64,000 nt of DNA from an uncultured virus (IMG/VR IMGVR_UViG_3300005673_000046) (IMGVR_UViG_3300005673_000046), one strand, 5' to 3'. Shown: positions 1 through 9,600, numbered from the stretch's first letter. Translations and numbers: made by a program. Notes: generated from the sequence alone by a model not told the origin.

Positions 1-1
1 C

Positions 2-58
2 GACGACAGCAAGACGCCCAACGTGGAGTTCAGCGGCGGCCCGCTGGACAGTCGATGA
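2..58 (+). CDS. 3' end of an upstream cassette gene (partial)
   Basis: Frame reads DDSKTPNVEFSGGPLDSR* into the first attC, as other cassette genes do; truncated by the window edge. Confidence 0.5.
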   Translation, partial: DDSKTPNVEFSGGPLDSR

Positions 59-101
59 ACCTGGGCGGCCGAGGGCCGTCCGCTGCAACGCAGGGTTAGA
101 A
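16..101 (-). mobile_element. attC: attC site 1
   Basis: Minus strand: TTCTAAC-cctgc-GTTGCAGC-ggAcggccc...gggccgcc-GCTGAAC-tccac-GTTGGGC; R'', L'', L' and R' boxes with two extrahelical bases. Confidence 0.88.
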
Positions 102-104
102 ACC

Positions 105-383
105 ATGACGGTGATAGACCTCGCACAAGCGAAAGCGGAAAAGACGCCGCACCTGAGCGGAACGGCGGTGTGCTTGGCATGTAAGCACGAGTGGGTGGCG
201 GTGGCGCCAGTCGGGGCGGTATGGATGGAGTGCCCGGCCTGTTCGCTTGAGCGCGGAAGGTATCGAGGCCCGGTGCAGCTAGACCGCGACCATTGGCACT
301 GCCACTGCGGTAATGATCTGTTCCAGGCCACGCAAGATGGGATGTACTGCCCGAACTGCGGGGAGTGGCAGCATGGTTTCTAA
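105..383 (+). CDS. Cys-rich Zn-finger/ribbon protein (cassette gene)
   Basis: CxxC/CxC pairs (CLAC, CPAC, CHC, CPNC); stop TAA lies inside the TTCTAAC core box. Confidence 0.85.
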   Translation: MTVIDLAQAKAEKTPHLSGTAVCLACKHEWVAVAPVGAVWMECPACSLERGRYRGPVQLDRDHWHCHCGNDLFQATQDGMYCPNCGEWQHGF

Positions 384-449
384 CGGCGGAGTGGAGCCGC
401 ACGCGGAGGCCGCAGGCCGTAGCGTGTCGGCTCGCACGACTGGTTAGGC
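378..449 (-). mobile_element. attC: attC site 2
   Basis: Minus strand: GCCTAAC-cagtc-GTGCGAGC-cgAcacgc...gcgtgcg-GCTCCAC-tccgcc-GTTAGAA. Confidence 0.9.
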
Positions 450-494
450 CCCGGCTCCGAAGCGCGCAATGCAACCGTACTAGGACTAAACGAC

Positions 495-833
495 GTGGAT
501 AAGCAAACCGACCTGATTTCGAGGCTGCAAGACGAGGCCGACTTGTGCCGCAACGATGGCGCCGCCGACATTGCCGCGCTGCTGGATGAGGCGGTTGAGG
601 CGATACGCGACCGCAACCATGACACGCAAGTGGGCGAGAAGTGGCGCCAGGACAGCCGGCTGGAGACGTGGTTCCCGCTGACGGCCGAGCAGCGGAAGGT
701 CGAGCAAGCGGTGCTTGCCGAACTGGTGCTGAAGACTGGCGAGCTGATCGAGCACTTGCAAAGGACCGGGCGCCTGAAGCCCTGCTTCTACATGCCGGCG
801 CTGGCTGATGCGCGCAACGTGCTGGCGAACTGA
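495..833 (+). CDS. hypothetical phage protein (cassette gene)
   Basis: GTG start after AGGA; protein-like composition. Confidence 0.75.
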   Translation: MDKQTDLISRLQDEADLCRNDGAADIAALLDEAVEAIRDRNHDTQVGEKWRQDSRLETWFPLTAEQRKVEQAVLAELVLKTGELIEHLQRTGRLKPCFYMPALADARNVLAN

Positions 834-850
834 CAAGGAAGACATGACAC

Positions 851-1231
851 ATGGACACGCCCGAAGAGCGCGCGCTGACCGCTGCCGTGTTTGAGGCTCT
901 CGACCTGAGCCCAGAGCAGTTCTTGACGGACGGCGGCTTGGTCAATCGCGGCAAGCTCCGCGCGGCCCTTTGGTATCCGCATGACTACCTGCCAGAAGGG
1001 CACTGGATGCGCGCTGCCGATGAAGGGCGATTGCGTGCGGAGAACGCCGCGCTCAAGCGCGACCTGCAGTACGCCAGGGACGGGCTGACGAAGGGGCGCA
1101 CGCGGATGCGAGAAGACAACGAGCGGTTGCGCGCCGCGCTGGTGAAGATTGAGGCCGGCATGTGCATTGACCCGCGCACTGTGGCGCGCGAGGCATTGGG
1201 GCCTAACGTTCGAGGCAAGCCGCGCCGCTAG
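851..1231 (+). CDS. hypothetical protein with coiled coil (cassette gene)
   Basis: AAGGA RBS; LRAENAALKRDL coiled coil; C-terminus reads into attC3. Confidence 0.75.
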   Translation: MDTPEERALTAAVFEALDLSPEQFLTDGGLVNRGKLRAALWYPHDYLPEGHWMRAADEGRLRAENAALKRDLQYARDGLTKGRTRMREDNERLRAALVKIEAGMCIDPRTVAREALGPNVRGKPRR

Positions 1232-1257
1232 GCGTCGGCTTGGGCGAGGGGTTGGCC
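1201..1257 (-). mobile_element. attC: attC site 3 (57 bp, 59-be-like)
   Basis: Minus strand: GGCCAAC-ccctc-GCCCAAGC-cgAcgcc-tagc-ggcgcg-GCTTGCC-tcgaac-GTTAGGC. Confidence 0.88.
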
Positions 1258-1285
1258 GGCGTGGTTCCGGCGCGAAAGGACAGGC

Positions 1286-1717
1286 ATGAACCAAGACAAG
1301 CAAACGGATGGCGGCGAGGACCGCGAGTTTCGCGAGTGGTGTATTGCTGCCGCGCAGTCCGCCGAAGGCTCTGCGTCGATCACGGCGCGCAACGCATGGA
1401 ACGCTCGGGCCGCCCTGGCAAACATTGCGGTGGGCGCGTACCTCGGGAAGATGACGCTGCGAGACCGTGACGTTGCGATGGATGCATCGCTGGAGTCCTT
1501 GCAAACCACCGCCTACGCCGATGGCCGCGCAGACGAGCGCACCGAAGTTCGTGCCGAAGTCTTGCGCGAACTGCTGGAGTGGGAGGCCCACTACATGCAA
1601 CTGGCTCGGGGCGGCGACAGAAGCGGGCACAGCGATGCTCGGGCAGACGCGGCGCGTGAGATTCACGACCACCTGCGCAGTTCGTGGGAAGTGCGCGGCA
1701 AGCAACAAGCCGGCTAA
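1286..1717 (+). CDS. hypothetical phage protein (cassette gene)
   Basis: AAGGA RBS; stop TAA lies inside the GGCTAAC core box. Confidence 0.8.
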   Translation: MNQDKQTDGGEDREFREWCIAAAQSAEGSASITARNAWNARAALANIAVGAYLGKMTLRDRDVAMDASLESLQTTAYADGRADERTEVRAEVLRELLEWEAHYMQLARGGDRSGHSDARADAAREIHDHLRSSWEVRGKQQAG

Positions 1718-1811
1718 CGCCTGAGTTCAGGCGCCCGCCAAGGCTGCACGGCGGCGTGAGATGCAGCGAGGCGGCCCGCCGTGGCGGGTCGCCTGGAACG
1801 ACCAGTTCGGC
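1712..1811 (-). mobile_element. attC: attC site 4
   Basis: Minus strand: GCCGAAC-tggtc-GTTCCAGG-cgAcccgcca...tggcgggcg-CCTGAAC-tcaggc-GTTAGCC. Confidence 0.88.
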
Positions 1812-1843
1812 TGGGTACAGATGCACCGGAAAGGAGGCCCGCG

Positions 1844-2104
1844 ATGGGCAAGCTACAACTGAGCGCCGCCGAGAAGGCGGTGATGGACAAGGGCGTCGAG
1901 TTTGGCATGAACATGCTCAAGCTGGTGCCGACCGACGACGCGCTGGCAAAGGAGGCGCACATCACGGGCGTGCTGATCGCCTTCTGGGGCGCGCTGTGGG
2001 GCACGTTCGGCACCGAGTACGCGCGCGGCTTCATCGAAGCCCAGCTCCGAGGCATGGAACCCGGCCAACCGCACGAGCGGTTCACGCCGCCCCGAGTGCA
2101 GTAA
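1844..2104 (+). CDS. hypothetical protein (cassette gene)
   Basis: AAGGAGG RBS before ATG 1844; starts MGKLQLSAAEKAVMDKG. Confidence 0.8.
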   Translation: MGKLQLSAAEKAVMDKGVEFGMNMLKLVPTDDALAKEAHITGVLIAFWGALWGTFGTEYARGFIEAQLRGMEPGQPHERFTPPRVQ

Positions 2105-2107
2105 GAG

Positions 2108-2160
2108 GCCGAACTTGAATTACCGGACACCCTCCCCAGGCCCTGTCCGATAACGCCGCT
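2108..2160 (-). mobile_element. attI-like or degenerate attC site ending the array
   Basis: Minus-strand core GTTCGGC (2114-2108); inverted repeat TTACCGGACA/TGTCCGATAA (2120-2129/2144-2153); no RYYYAAC R'' box. Confidence 0.55.
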
Positions 2161-2174
2161 GTACCATTCTCCGA

Positions 2175-3164
2175 ATGACCAAGCGCCCCGGTCTGCCGAA
2201 GCGGGTCTACGAGAAGCACGGCCGCTACTGGTTCGTCGACGCGACGGGCAAGTGGAATGCCCTGACCCGCGTGAGCGAAGGCTTGCCCGCGATGTTCCGC
2301 GCGCTGGCCACGCTGACCGACCGCGAGCTGCGCAACGACACGATGCCGGCCGTCGCTGCCCGCTGGGTGGAGTTCAAGCTGCCTCACTGGGCGCCTGGCA
2401 CGGCCGAGGACATGAAGCGCAGCGCCGACCTGGTCGCCAGGCGCTTTGCCGAGTTCCGGCCCTCCGAAGTCACCACGCCGGTCTGCTGGGAGTTCCTGAG
2501 CGCCTACAGGGGCACGCCGCGGGCCCACAACCGCCATCGCACCGTGCTCAAGGGGATACTCGCGTTCGCCGCGCGTGAGGGGCTGCGCGAGGGCTTCTCG
2601 CCGTTGGACAACATCCCCCAGATGCGGATGGAGCCGCGTCGGCGGATCGTCACCGACGCCGAGGTCAAGGCGCTCAAGACCGCGCTCATGCAGCAGGCCC
2701 GCGGCGGCGCGACGCACTGCTTGATGGTGGACCTGTGCATGCTCACCGGCCAGCGCATCGGCGACGTGCTCAAGATGCGCTGGCAGGACGTCACCGACGA
2801 CGGCCTGCTGGTGGACCAGGGCAAGACGGACGCCCGACTCACAATCGAGTGGACGCCCGAGCTGCGCCAGGTGATCGACGCCTGCGCGGCCGGACGCGAC
2901 CGCATCGGCTACCTGCTGGTGCAGTCCACCGGCAAGCCCTACCGCTACGCCGGGGTGCGCAGCGCATGGGTGCGCGCGTTGGCCCGCGCCGGCATCGAGG
3001 ATCTGCACATTCACGACCTGCGCGGCCGCGCTGGCGCGGACGTGACCGATGAGCGCGGCATCGAAGAAGCGCAGCGCCTGCTCGGGCACGAGTCGGTGCG
3101 GATGACCGAGCACTACGTCAGGGGCAAGACCAGAAGGCGGGCCCGGCCCGCTGGAGCGAAGTGA
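2175..3164 (+). CDS. int: phage-type tyrosine recombinase/integrase
   Basis: TGQRIGD (R), QGKT (K), HDLR, LLGH, TEHY (Y); N-terminal LPKRVYEKHGRYWF arm-binding-like segment; no IntI-specific insertion. Confidence 0.95.
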   Translation: MTKRPGLPKRVYEKHGRYWFVDATGKWNALTRVSEGLPAMFRALATLTDRELRNDTMPAVAARWVEFKLPHWAPGTAEDMKRSADLVARRFAEFRPSEVTTPVCWEFLSAYRGTPRAHNRHRTVLKGILAFAAREGLREGFSPLDNIPQMRMEPRRRIVTDAEVKALKTALMQQARGGATHCLMVDLCMLTGQRIGDVLKMRWQDVTDDGLLVDQGKTDARLTIEWTPELRQVIDACAAGRDRIGYLLVQSTGKPYRYAGVRSAWVRALARAGIEDLHIHDLRGRAGADVTDERGIEEAQRLLGHESVRMTEHYVRGKTRRRARPAGAK

Positions 3165-3198
3165 TGCAACGACGATCTTTCCAGCTTGTGTTGCGTCA

Positions 3199-3384
3199 AT
3201 GAACAGCGCGGAGATGATGATTGCCATGGGCTACGGCGGCGCGGCGCTGCTCGCGCTCAATACGATCCTGTGGCTGCTGCTCGCCACCGATGCGTGGTGC
3301 CTGCGCAGGGCGGGACTCAACGCGGCGCTGGCGCTGCTGATGCTTGGCTATGGGCGCCTCGGAGAGTGGCTGACAGGTGTCTAA
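3199..3384 (+). CDS. small membrane protein
   Basis: 61 aa with two hydrophobic segments. Confidence 0.45.
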   Translation: MNSAEMMIAMGYGGAALLALNTILWLLLATDAWCLRRAGLNAALALLMLGYGRLGEWLTGV

Positions 3385-3544
3385 GAACCGCCCCAGAACC
3401 CGCATGAATGCTGGGTCGGGTTCGGCGGAATTCGTTAGACGAATCGGCCGCTAACCCGCATGGATGCTCACTTTCGCACCTGCCTTCTAAGCTGGTGCCC
3501 ATCCTATGGTGAGTGTCTAATTTTCGGCCGATTGTCTAATTTTC
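3378..3544. mobile_element. attP: attP region
   Basis: Core GCACCTGC-CTTCTAA-GCTGGTGC (3476-3498); arm-like repeats TGTCTAA at 3378, 3514, 3533 and inverted TTAGAC at 3435; repeat AACCCGCATG(A/G)ATGCT at 3397 and 3453; just downstream of int. Confidence 0.75.
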
Positions 3545-3617
3545 CGCCCGTAGCTCAGCTGGATAGAGCACGCGCCTTCTAAGCGCGGGGTCGGGGGTTC
3601 GATCCCCTCCGGGCGGG
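3544..3617 (+). tRNA. tRNA-Arg(TCT), CCA not encoded
   Basis: Acceptor CCGCCCG/CGGGCGG, D arm GCTC/GAGC, anticodon arm CGCGC-CTTCTAA-GCGCG, T arm GGGGG-TTCGATC-CCCTC. Confidence 0.95.
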
Positions 3618-3619
3618 CA

Positions 3620-6600
3620 TCACTGCTCCTCCAGCTCGTACCCCTCGGCGCGCGCGCGCCGGCGCTCGACCTCTTGCCAGCGCCGGTCGATCTTGCGCAT
3701 CGCCTTGTCGATGGCGTCCTGCTCGGCCTCCCAGCGGTCATCCTCGGACAAGCCGCTGCGCTCCAGGCCGATGATGGTCCGCCGCAGCTGGGCTTCGATT
3801 TCCCGCAGCTCGGCGTTGATGCCCTGCATGAACAGGTATTCCTGCGTCTCCGGGGCGTAGCTGCCCAGCTTGACGCCGATGGCGCTGAAGAAGGCCTGCG
3901 CCAGCGATGCCTTCTCCTGGCCCAGCGGGCCGGGCTCGATGCGGCCGCGCCAGGCGTTCAGCAGGTTCTCGGTGCTGTAGGTGCCCGGCAGGCCTGGGAA
4001 GTTGGGCATCAGGCCCTTCCACAGGTGTTCGGCGCTGGCGCCCAGCTTCTCGCCGAGCTCGTCGGTGCGCAGCGTGATGTCGCGCCCGGTGAAGCCGGCG
4101 GTGTTGAGCATGAACTCGAAGAACAGCACGGCCGGGCCGCCCGGGATCAGCGGCGGCGGGATCGGGACGGCGGCGTTGCCTGTGCCCGTGTCCACGATGT
4201 CGCCCAGCGCCACCCAGCGCCGCACGTCCAGGAAGACGGGGTTGCCGTTGGCGTCGTTCCAGGGCATGCGCACCAGCTTCGGGGTCAGGAAGCCCCAGAT
4301 GCGCCCGGCCTTCTCGTCGGCCAGCCAGGCGCGTTCGCGCTCCTCGTCGCCGTCGTCGCCCAGCATCATGTAGGCCAGCGTGTTCAGCGACCCAGCGACC
4401 AGGCCGTACTTCATGAGCTTGTGCGGCTTGTCGACCGCGGTCTTCAGCATCATCGGCACCGCCCGGTAGGTGAAGGAGAAGAACGGCCAGACGGTGCGCC
4501 GCATCGCGTTGACCCACGGCGCGGAGATTTCGTAGTTGAGGAAAGAGTCGCGCGCGAACTTGCCGGCGTCGTGGTCACTGATGCCGTCCTCGCGCGCCTT
4601 GACGAAGGCGGCCAGGCGGAACACCACATCCTCGGCGCCGTACAGCTTGATGAGCTTGCGCGGCACCCAGGCCGCCGCGCGACCGACTGGCGCATCCTTC
4701 GCGGCCGCCAGCGCCTGGCGATACTCCCGGTGGCGCAGCAGGTCCATGACCTGGGCCGCGGTGATGAGCGATTGGCCGCCGGCGTCGCGCTCAATCTCGC
4801 GCCGCAGCTCCTCGAGCAGCGGCTTGTAAAGCTCCTCGCGGATTTCGACCTCGTTGAACATGCCGGCGTCGCCGCCGTTGTCCTCGAAGTCCTCCACCAG
4901 CTTCTTCATCTCCGGGTCGGAGCGCGCGGTGGCCATCGCCCTGAGCGCCAGGTACAGGTGCCGGCCCTGAATGTCGTGCATGTCCGCGAACAGCCAGTTG
5001 GCCATCACGTTGTTCATGTGTGTGACCGGACTCAGCGCGGTCTTGCTGATCTTCCAGAGCTTGAGCATGCTCTGCCACAGCCTGGACAGCTGCCCCTGGT
5101 CGGTGAACTGACCGATCTGGCGCAGCTCGTTCCAGACCGGCCCCGGCACCCAGCGGCCGGCCAGGTTGCCGAACGCGGTGACGTTGGTGCCCTTGATCTT
5201 GGTGCTCGGCACCTGGACCCACTCGTTCTTGAGGTAGCTGCGCGCCAGGAAGTAGCTGGCGTCGGCCTGCTTGGCCCCTGCCGGCAGGCGCGACTCGTCG
5301 GCGACTGACTCGTTGCGCGCGACCCAGTCCAGGAAGCGCGCCGTCTCGATGTCGCGCGTCATCTGCATCATGGTGGCCACGGTGGCGAACTTGACCTCCT
5401 GAATCTCGCCCATCTTCGTGCGCTCGGCCAGGGTGAAGTCGCGCCACATGCCGACCTTGTCCTTCTGGTCGAAGAACCGGGCTTCCCACAGGCCATCGTT
5501 GCGCCAGCCCAGCAGGTGTCGCGGGATCGGCACGTCCTCGGGCCAGTAGACGATCTGGCGGATGCGGCCCAGCGGCTGGCCGTTCTCGTCCTCGAACAGC
5601 TGCGGCGTGTCGTCGTCGCGCGGCTTGTCGCGCAGCTCCAGGCGGTGGAACTTCTGGCCCTTGAGCGAGGGATCGTGCGCGCCACTGTTGGTCTTGCGCT
5701 GCCACCAGTCGGCGGTCCCGATCTGCGCCATCGAGGCGTTGTCGCGCATGCCGCGGCCCTTGAGCGTGTCGCCCAGAATGCGGATCGACCGCGACTTGAC
5801 CTCGTTGGCCAGGCGCTCGTCGGCGGTGTGACGCTCGTAGCTGCGGTGCATGTACGCGAAGCGGTTGCGCTCGCGTGACTCGGCGCTGATGAGCCCCAGG
5901 CGCACGGCCTCATCGGACAGGTGCTCGATGTCCTGCTTGAGGCTGGCCAGCACGGCGCGCTGTCCTTCCGGCAGCGCGTCGAACAGGGCGGCCGCGGCGC
6001 GCATGGCCGGCTCGGCCCCGGGGTTCTCGGGGTTGGTGTTCATCCACAGGTACGCGACGCGCGACTGCTCCATCGTCAGGGCGCGGAGCTTGTCCACCGT
6101 CTCGCGGGTCTTGCGCGCGTTGACCCGGATCGCGGTGCGCATCGCGGTCTTGGCCTCGCTGAAGCCATCGCTCACGCCGTAGCGGTCCACCAGCCCGGCC
6201 TTGATGTATTCCCAGTAGTCGCCCATGTGACCGCCCAGGAAGGCGTCGGCCATCCTGCCGGCATGCACTGCCCCGGGGGCGACGACCTTCTTGATGAGCG
6301 CGTCGACCGGCGTGGCGACCAGCTGCACCGGCTTCTCGATGGCGTAGTTCACCAGGTCGAAGGCGCTGAATGGCGTCTCCATGGTCGCGCGCGGCAGCTT
6401 GAGGCTGATCGGGCGCAGCGACGGGGGCGCAGCGGCGGGCGGCGGCTGCTGGCTCAGCGCCGGCAGCTCGCCGCGGTCGACATGCGGCGTCGCCGCCACG
6501 GCGCGCCGGGCGGACATCAGCAGGTCGAAGGTTTCCGCCTCGGTCAGGCTCTCCAGCCAGTCGGCAATGGCCTTGCCGAACTCGCCGAACCGCTGGCGCA

Positions 6601-9600
6601 GGGCGCGCTGCAGGCTGGCCATCACGTAGCGCCAGGCCTTGGGCGCCGGCGCGCCGGCAGCGCGATCGGCCAGCGCCTCCTCCACCGCCAGCGCCTGAAC
6701 GGCCTGCTCGGCATCCTGCCGCGACATCCCCAGGCCGACCCTGGCCTGCACCTGCGCGGCGCCCCACTGGGCATGCCAGGCAGCCGCCTCGGTCGCCAGC
6801 GCAGGGTTGGCGGCGCGCAGCGCCAGCATCATCTGGGTGTAGCGGTCGCCCAGGAACGCGCGCAGGCCGAAGTGCCCGTAGACCTCGTGCCAGAGCACCC
6901 GCAGGCCCTCGTCGATGCTGCCGATCATGTCCGCGACGAGGAACACCCGGCCATCGGGCATCAGCAGCCCGCGCGTGCTGTTCAGCGCGCGCATGCGGCG
7001 CAGGTAGTCCTGGATGTCCGGCGGCAGCTCGGCGGCAGTGCGGGCAACGGCCACGACCGGCATGCCGGGCTCGCGCGACCAGTGCCTGGTGGCCTCGGCC
7101 ACGGCGGCGCCGAGCTTGTCCGGCGCGACGCCGGGGGCGTACTTGCTGCGCCGCTTCGTCGCCGGCTGCCCGGACATCACCGGCAGCCCGCCGCCGGGCT
7201 CGGTGCCGCGCTCGGCGGCCGAGGACATGCTGACCGGGTCGATCACGTCCAGCAGGCGGACGTCGGCCAGCGCCAGCGCGGCCTTGATGTTCTCCAGGGT
7301 GCGCTCGTCGTAGGCGCCGCCCGGGTTCATGACCAGCACCGTGCTGGCGGCCGCCTCGGCCGCCGAGTTGATGAGCCGGTCGTAGCGGTCATCCTGGCGA
7401 AGCCGGCCGGCCACAGCGGGCGCCAGCGGCACCCAGGCGGTGGGCTTGCTCTGGTAGTTCATGAACAGCAGGCCCGGCCGCGAGTCCGCCGCATGCAGCA
7501 CGAGCGCCTTGTCCTTGGCCTCTGCAGGCGAACCGATCACGCTGAGGCCGGTCTGGCGAGACTCGATGGTGCGCTCGACCACGGGCACCGTCGTCGTCGT
7601 GGTCGCGCTCGGCGTGACCACGCCGCTGTAGGTGCCGCCCTCCGGGGTGACGGCCATGAAGCGGGTGATCCCGTCATCGTCGGCCACCGCGGCCAGGCCG
7701 CGCCAGCGCACGGTCGACGGCTCGAAGGAGCGCGCCATCGCCTGGCTCAGGTTCTCGTCGGCACGCGACAGTTCGCTGCGGCCGCTGGGGTGGTTGTGGA
7801 CCGCCCATACCGAGTGCGCATCCTTGATGCGCATGGCCTCCATCAGCACGACGCCGGGATAGACCGAGGTCTGCGACGGAGCGCCCTTGAAAGCGCCGAT
7901 GATGGCCAGCGGGCGGCCGTTCTTGTCGGTGACGAGCGCGTCGAAGTGCTCGACGGCGTAGCGCGTCAGCGCGGAGAGGGCTGCGGCCGCCTCGTTCCAG
8001 TTGGTGACGCGAGCAACCGGCAGATCGTGCCGCCGGACTTCGACGAGCTGGCTGGTGACGTGGTAGATGCCGGGGAAGAACGGGTCTTCCCGCACAGATA
8101 CGGCGTTGGGGGCTGGTACGTTCCGACGCGGGGCGCGGCCGGCCCGAGGTGGATTTCCTCCTCGGGGATCGGGTAGCGGTTGTTCGAACAGGTCATAGTT
8201 GGCCTCGGGCTCGTTGACAGCGTACACCGCGCGCTCCTGCGCGGCAACGGGCGGCACGGGGAAGGCGTCCAGCACCATCTGCAGGCGGTGCAGTGCAACG
8301 AAGGTGCCCCCGTCCTTGTTGAAGACGAAGGACTCCGGCAGCGCGGCCTTCACCTGCTGCGCGTCGACGTGCCGCAGGATCACGCCGAGAATGAGCTTGC
8401 CCTGGCGCGTGGTGTGCCCGATGACCTCCAGCCCGTGCTTGGTCGCCAGCTCCTCGCCGCTGGTCCTGGCCTCGGCCTTGGCGGCCTTCTTCTTCTCGCG
8501 CTCCTGGCGCGCCTGGTCGGCCGGCGGCGCGGCACCGTCGACGCCTTCCTCGGCGCCTTCCTCGGCGCGCGGCTTCGTGCGCTCTGGCACGCCCAGGTTC
8601 TCGACCTCGCCGAACAGCTCGGCAATGTCCTGCGTGCCGGAGAAGTCGTACTCCACCGGCGCCGGCGCGGTCTGGTCCTTGCCCAGCTTGTCGATCACGA
8701 CGATGCGCGTGCGGACGCCGGTGCCGGCGCGCGCGAAAGCCACGCCAGGCAGCCGGATGGTGGCGACGACATGGGCGCCCGGCGCGATGGGCTCGGACTT
8801 CTTGCGCGGGCCGGACTCCTCCAGCTTGTCGATGGCCGAGCCGAGCACGGGTTCGATGCGCCCGGTGTCCTGCATCTTGGCCATGACGTGGGTGTCGTGG
8901 ACCTCGCGGACGTGCCCCACGCGTCCGTTGCGCAGCTCGATGCGGTCGTCGTAGAACAGCTCGGCCTCGCCGTCGGCGATGCGGGCAGTGCCCAGCGCCT
9001 TGATCGGCACGTCCTGGGTGCCGCGCAGGAACTTCTCCAGCCGCGCGTCGGCGGCCGGCCCCTCGGGCAGCAGCGCGACGATGCGGCCGCCCTCGAACAG
9101 GTGCTGGTTGTAGGCCTTGGCCAGGTGCTCGAAGGCCAGCTTGCCGCCACGCTCGAACGGCGGGTTCATGGCGATGCCCCAGGCCTTGTTGGCCGCGGGC
9201 AAGTCCTCGAAGCGGGTTTCGCGGATGTCGCCGTCGAAGACCATGGCCAGGCGCGAGGCCAGCACGGTGCTGGGCTCGACGGCCAGGCGATGGACGGTGT
9301 CGGGCAGCCAGCGCGCGATGGCGCCGTGGCCGGCGCTGGGCTCGATGGCGAGCTCGCCGGGCCGCAAGTCCAGCCACTGGACCATCTTCAGGCCGATGGG
9401 CTCGGGGGTGGGGTAATACTCGTGCCCCTCCTCGCTCTTGGTCTGCTGGTTCTTCTTGCGCTGGGCCCAGTACATGGACATGGCGCGGTCCCAGTCGCTG
9501 AGAATCTGCGCCATCTCGCGGTCGCGCGCCTTGCCCCCGGTGCCCTCGCCCTCGAAGCCTGGTGGCCAGTCGCCCGTGTCCTCGAAGGCCTCGATGTAGG

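Noticed and set aside
16..1811. Intergenic hairpins as terminators, REP elements or CRISPR repeats
   Set aside because: No U-tracts, sequences are not identical, and spacing is gene-sized; box architecture and cassette-end complementarity fit attC.
2175..3164. Calling the recombinase a bona fide integron integrase (intI)
   Set aside because: No IntI-specific insertion between the catalytic boxes; it has a phage arm-binding-like N-terminus and an adjacent attP.
3544..3617. tRNA as a host gene marking a prophage boundary
   Set aside because: Phage genes lie on both sides (int and the late operon) and no host genes are in the window, which fits an unintegrated attP.
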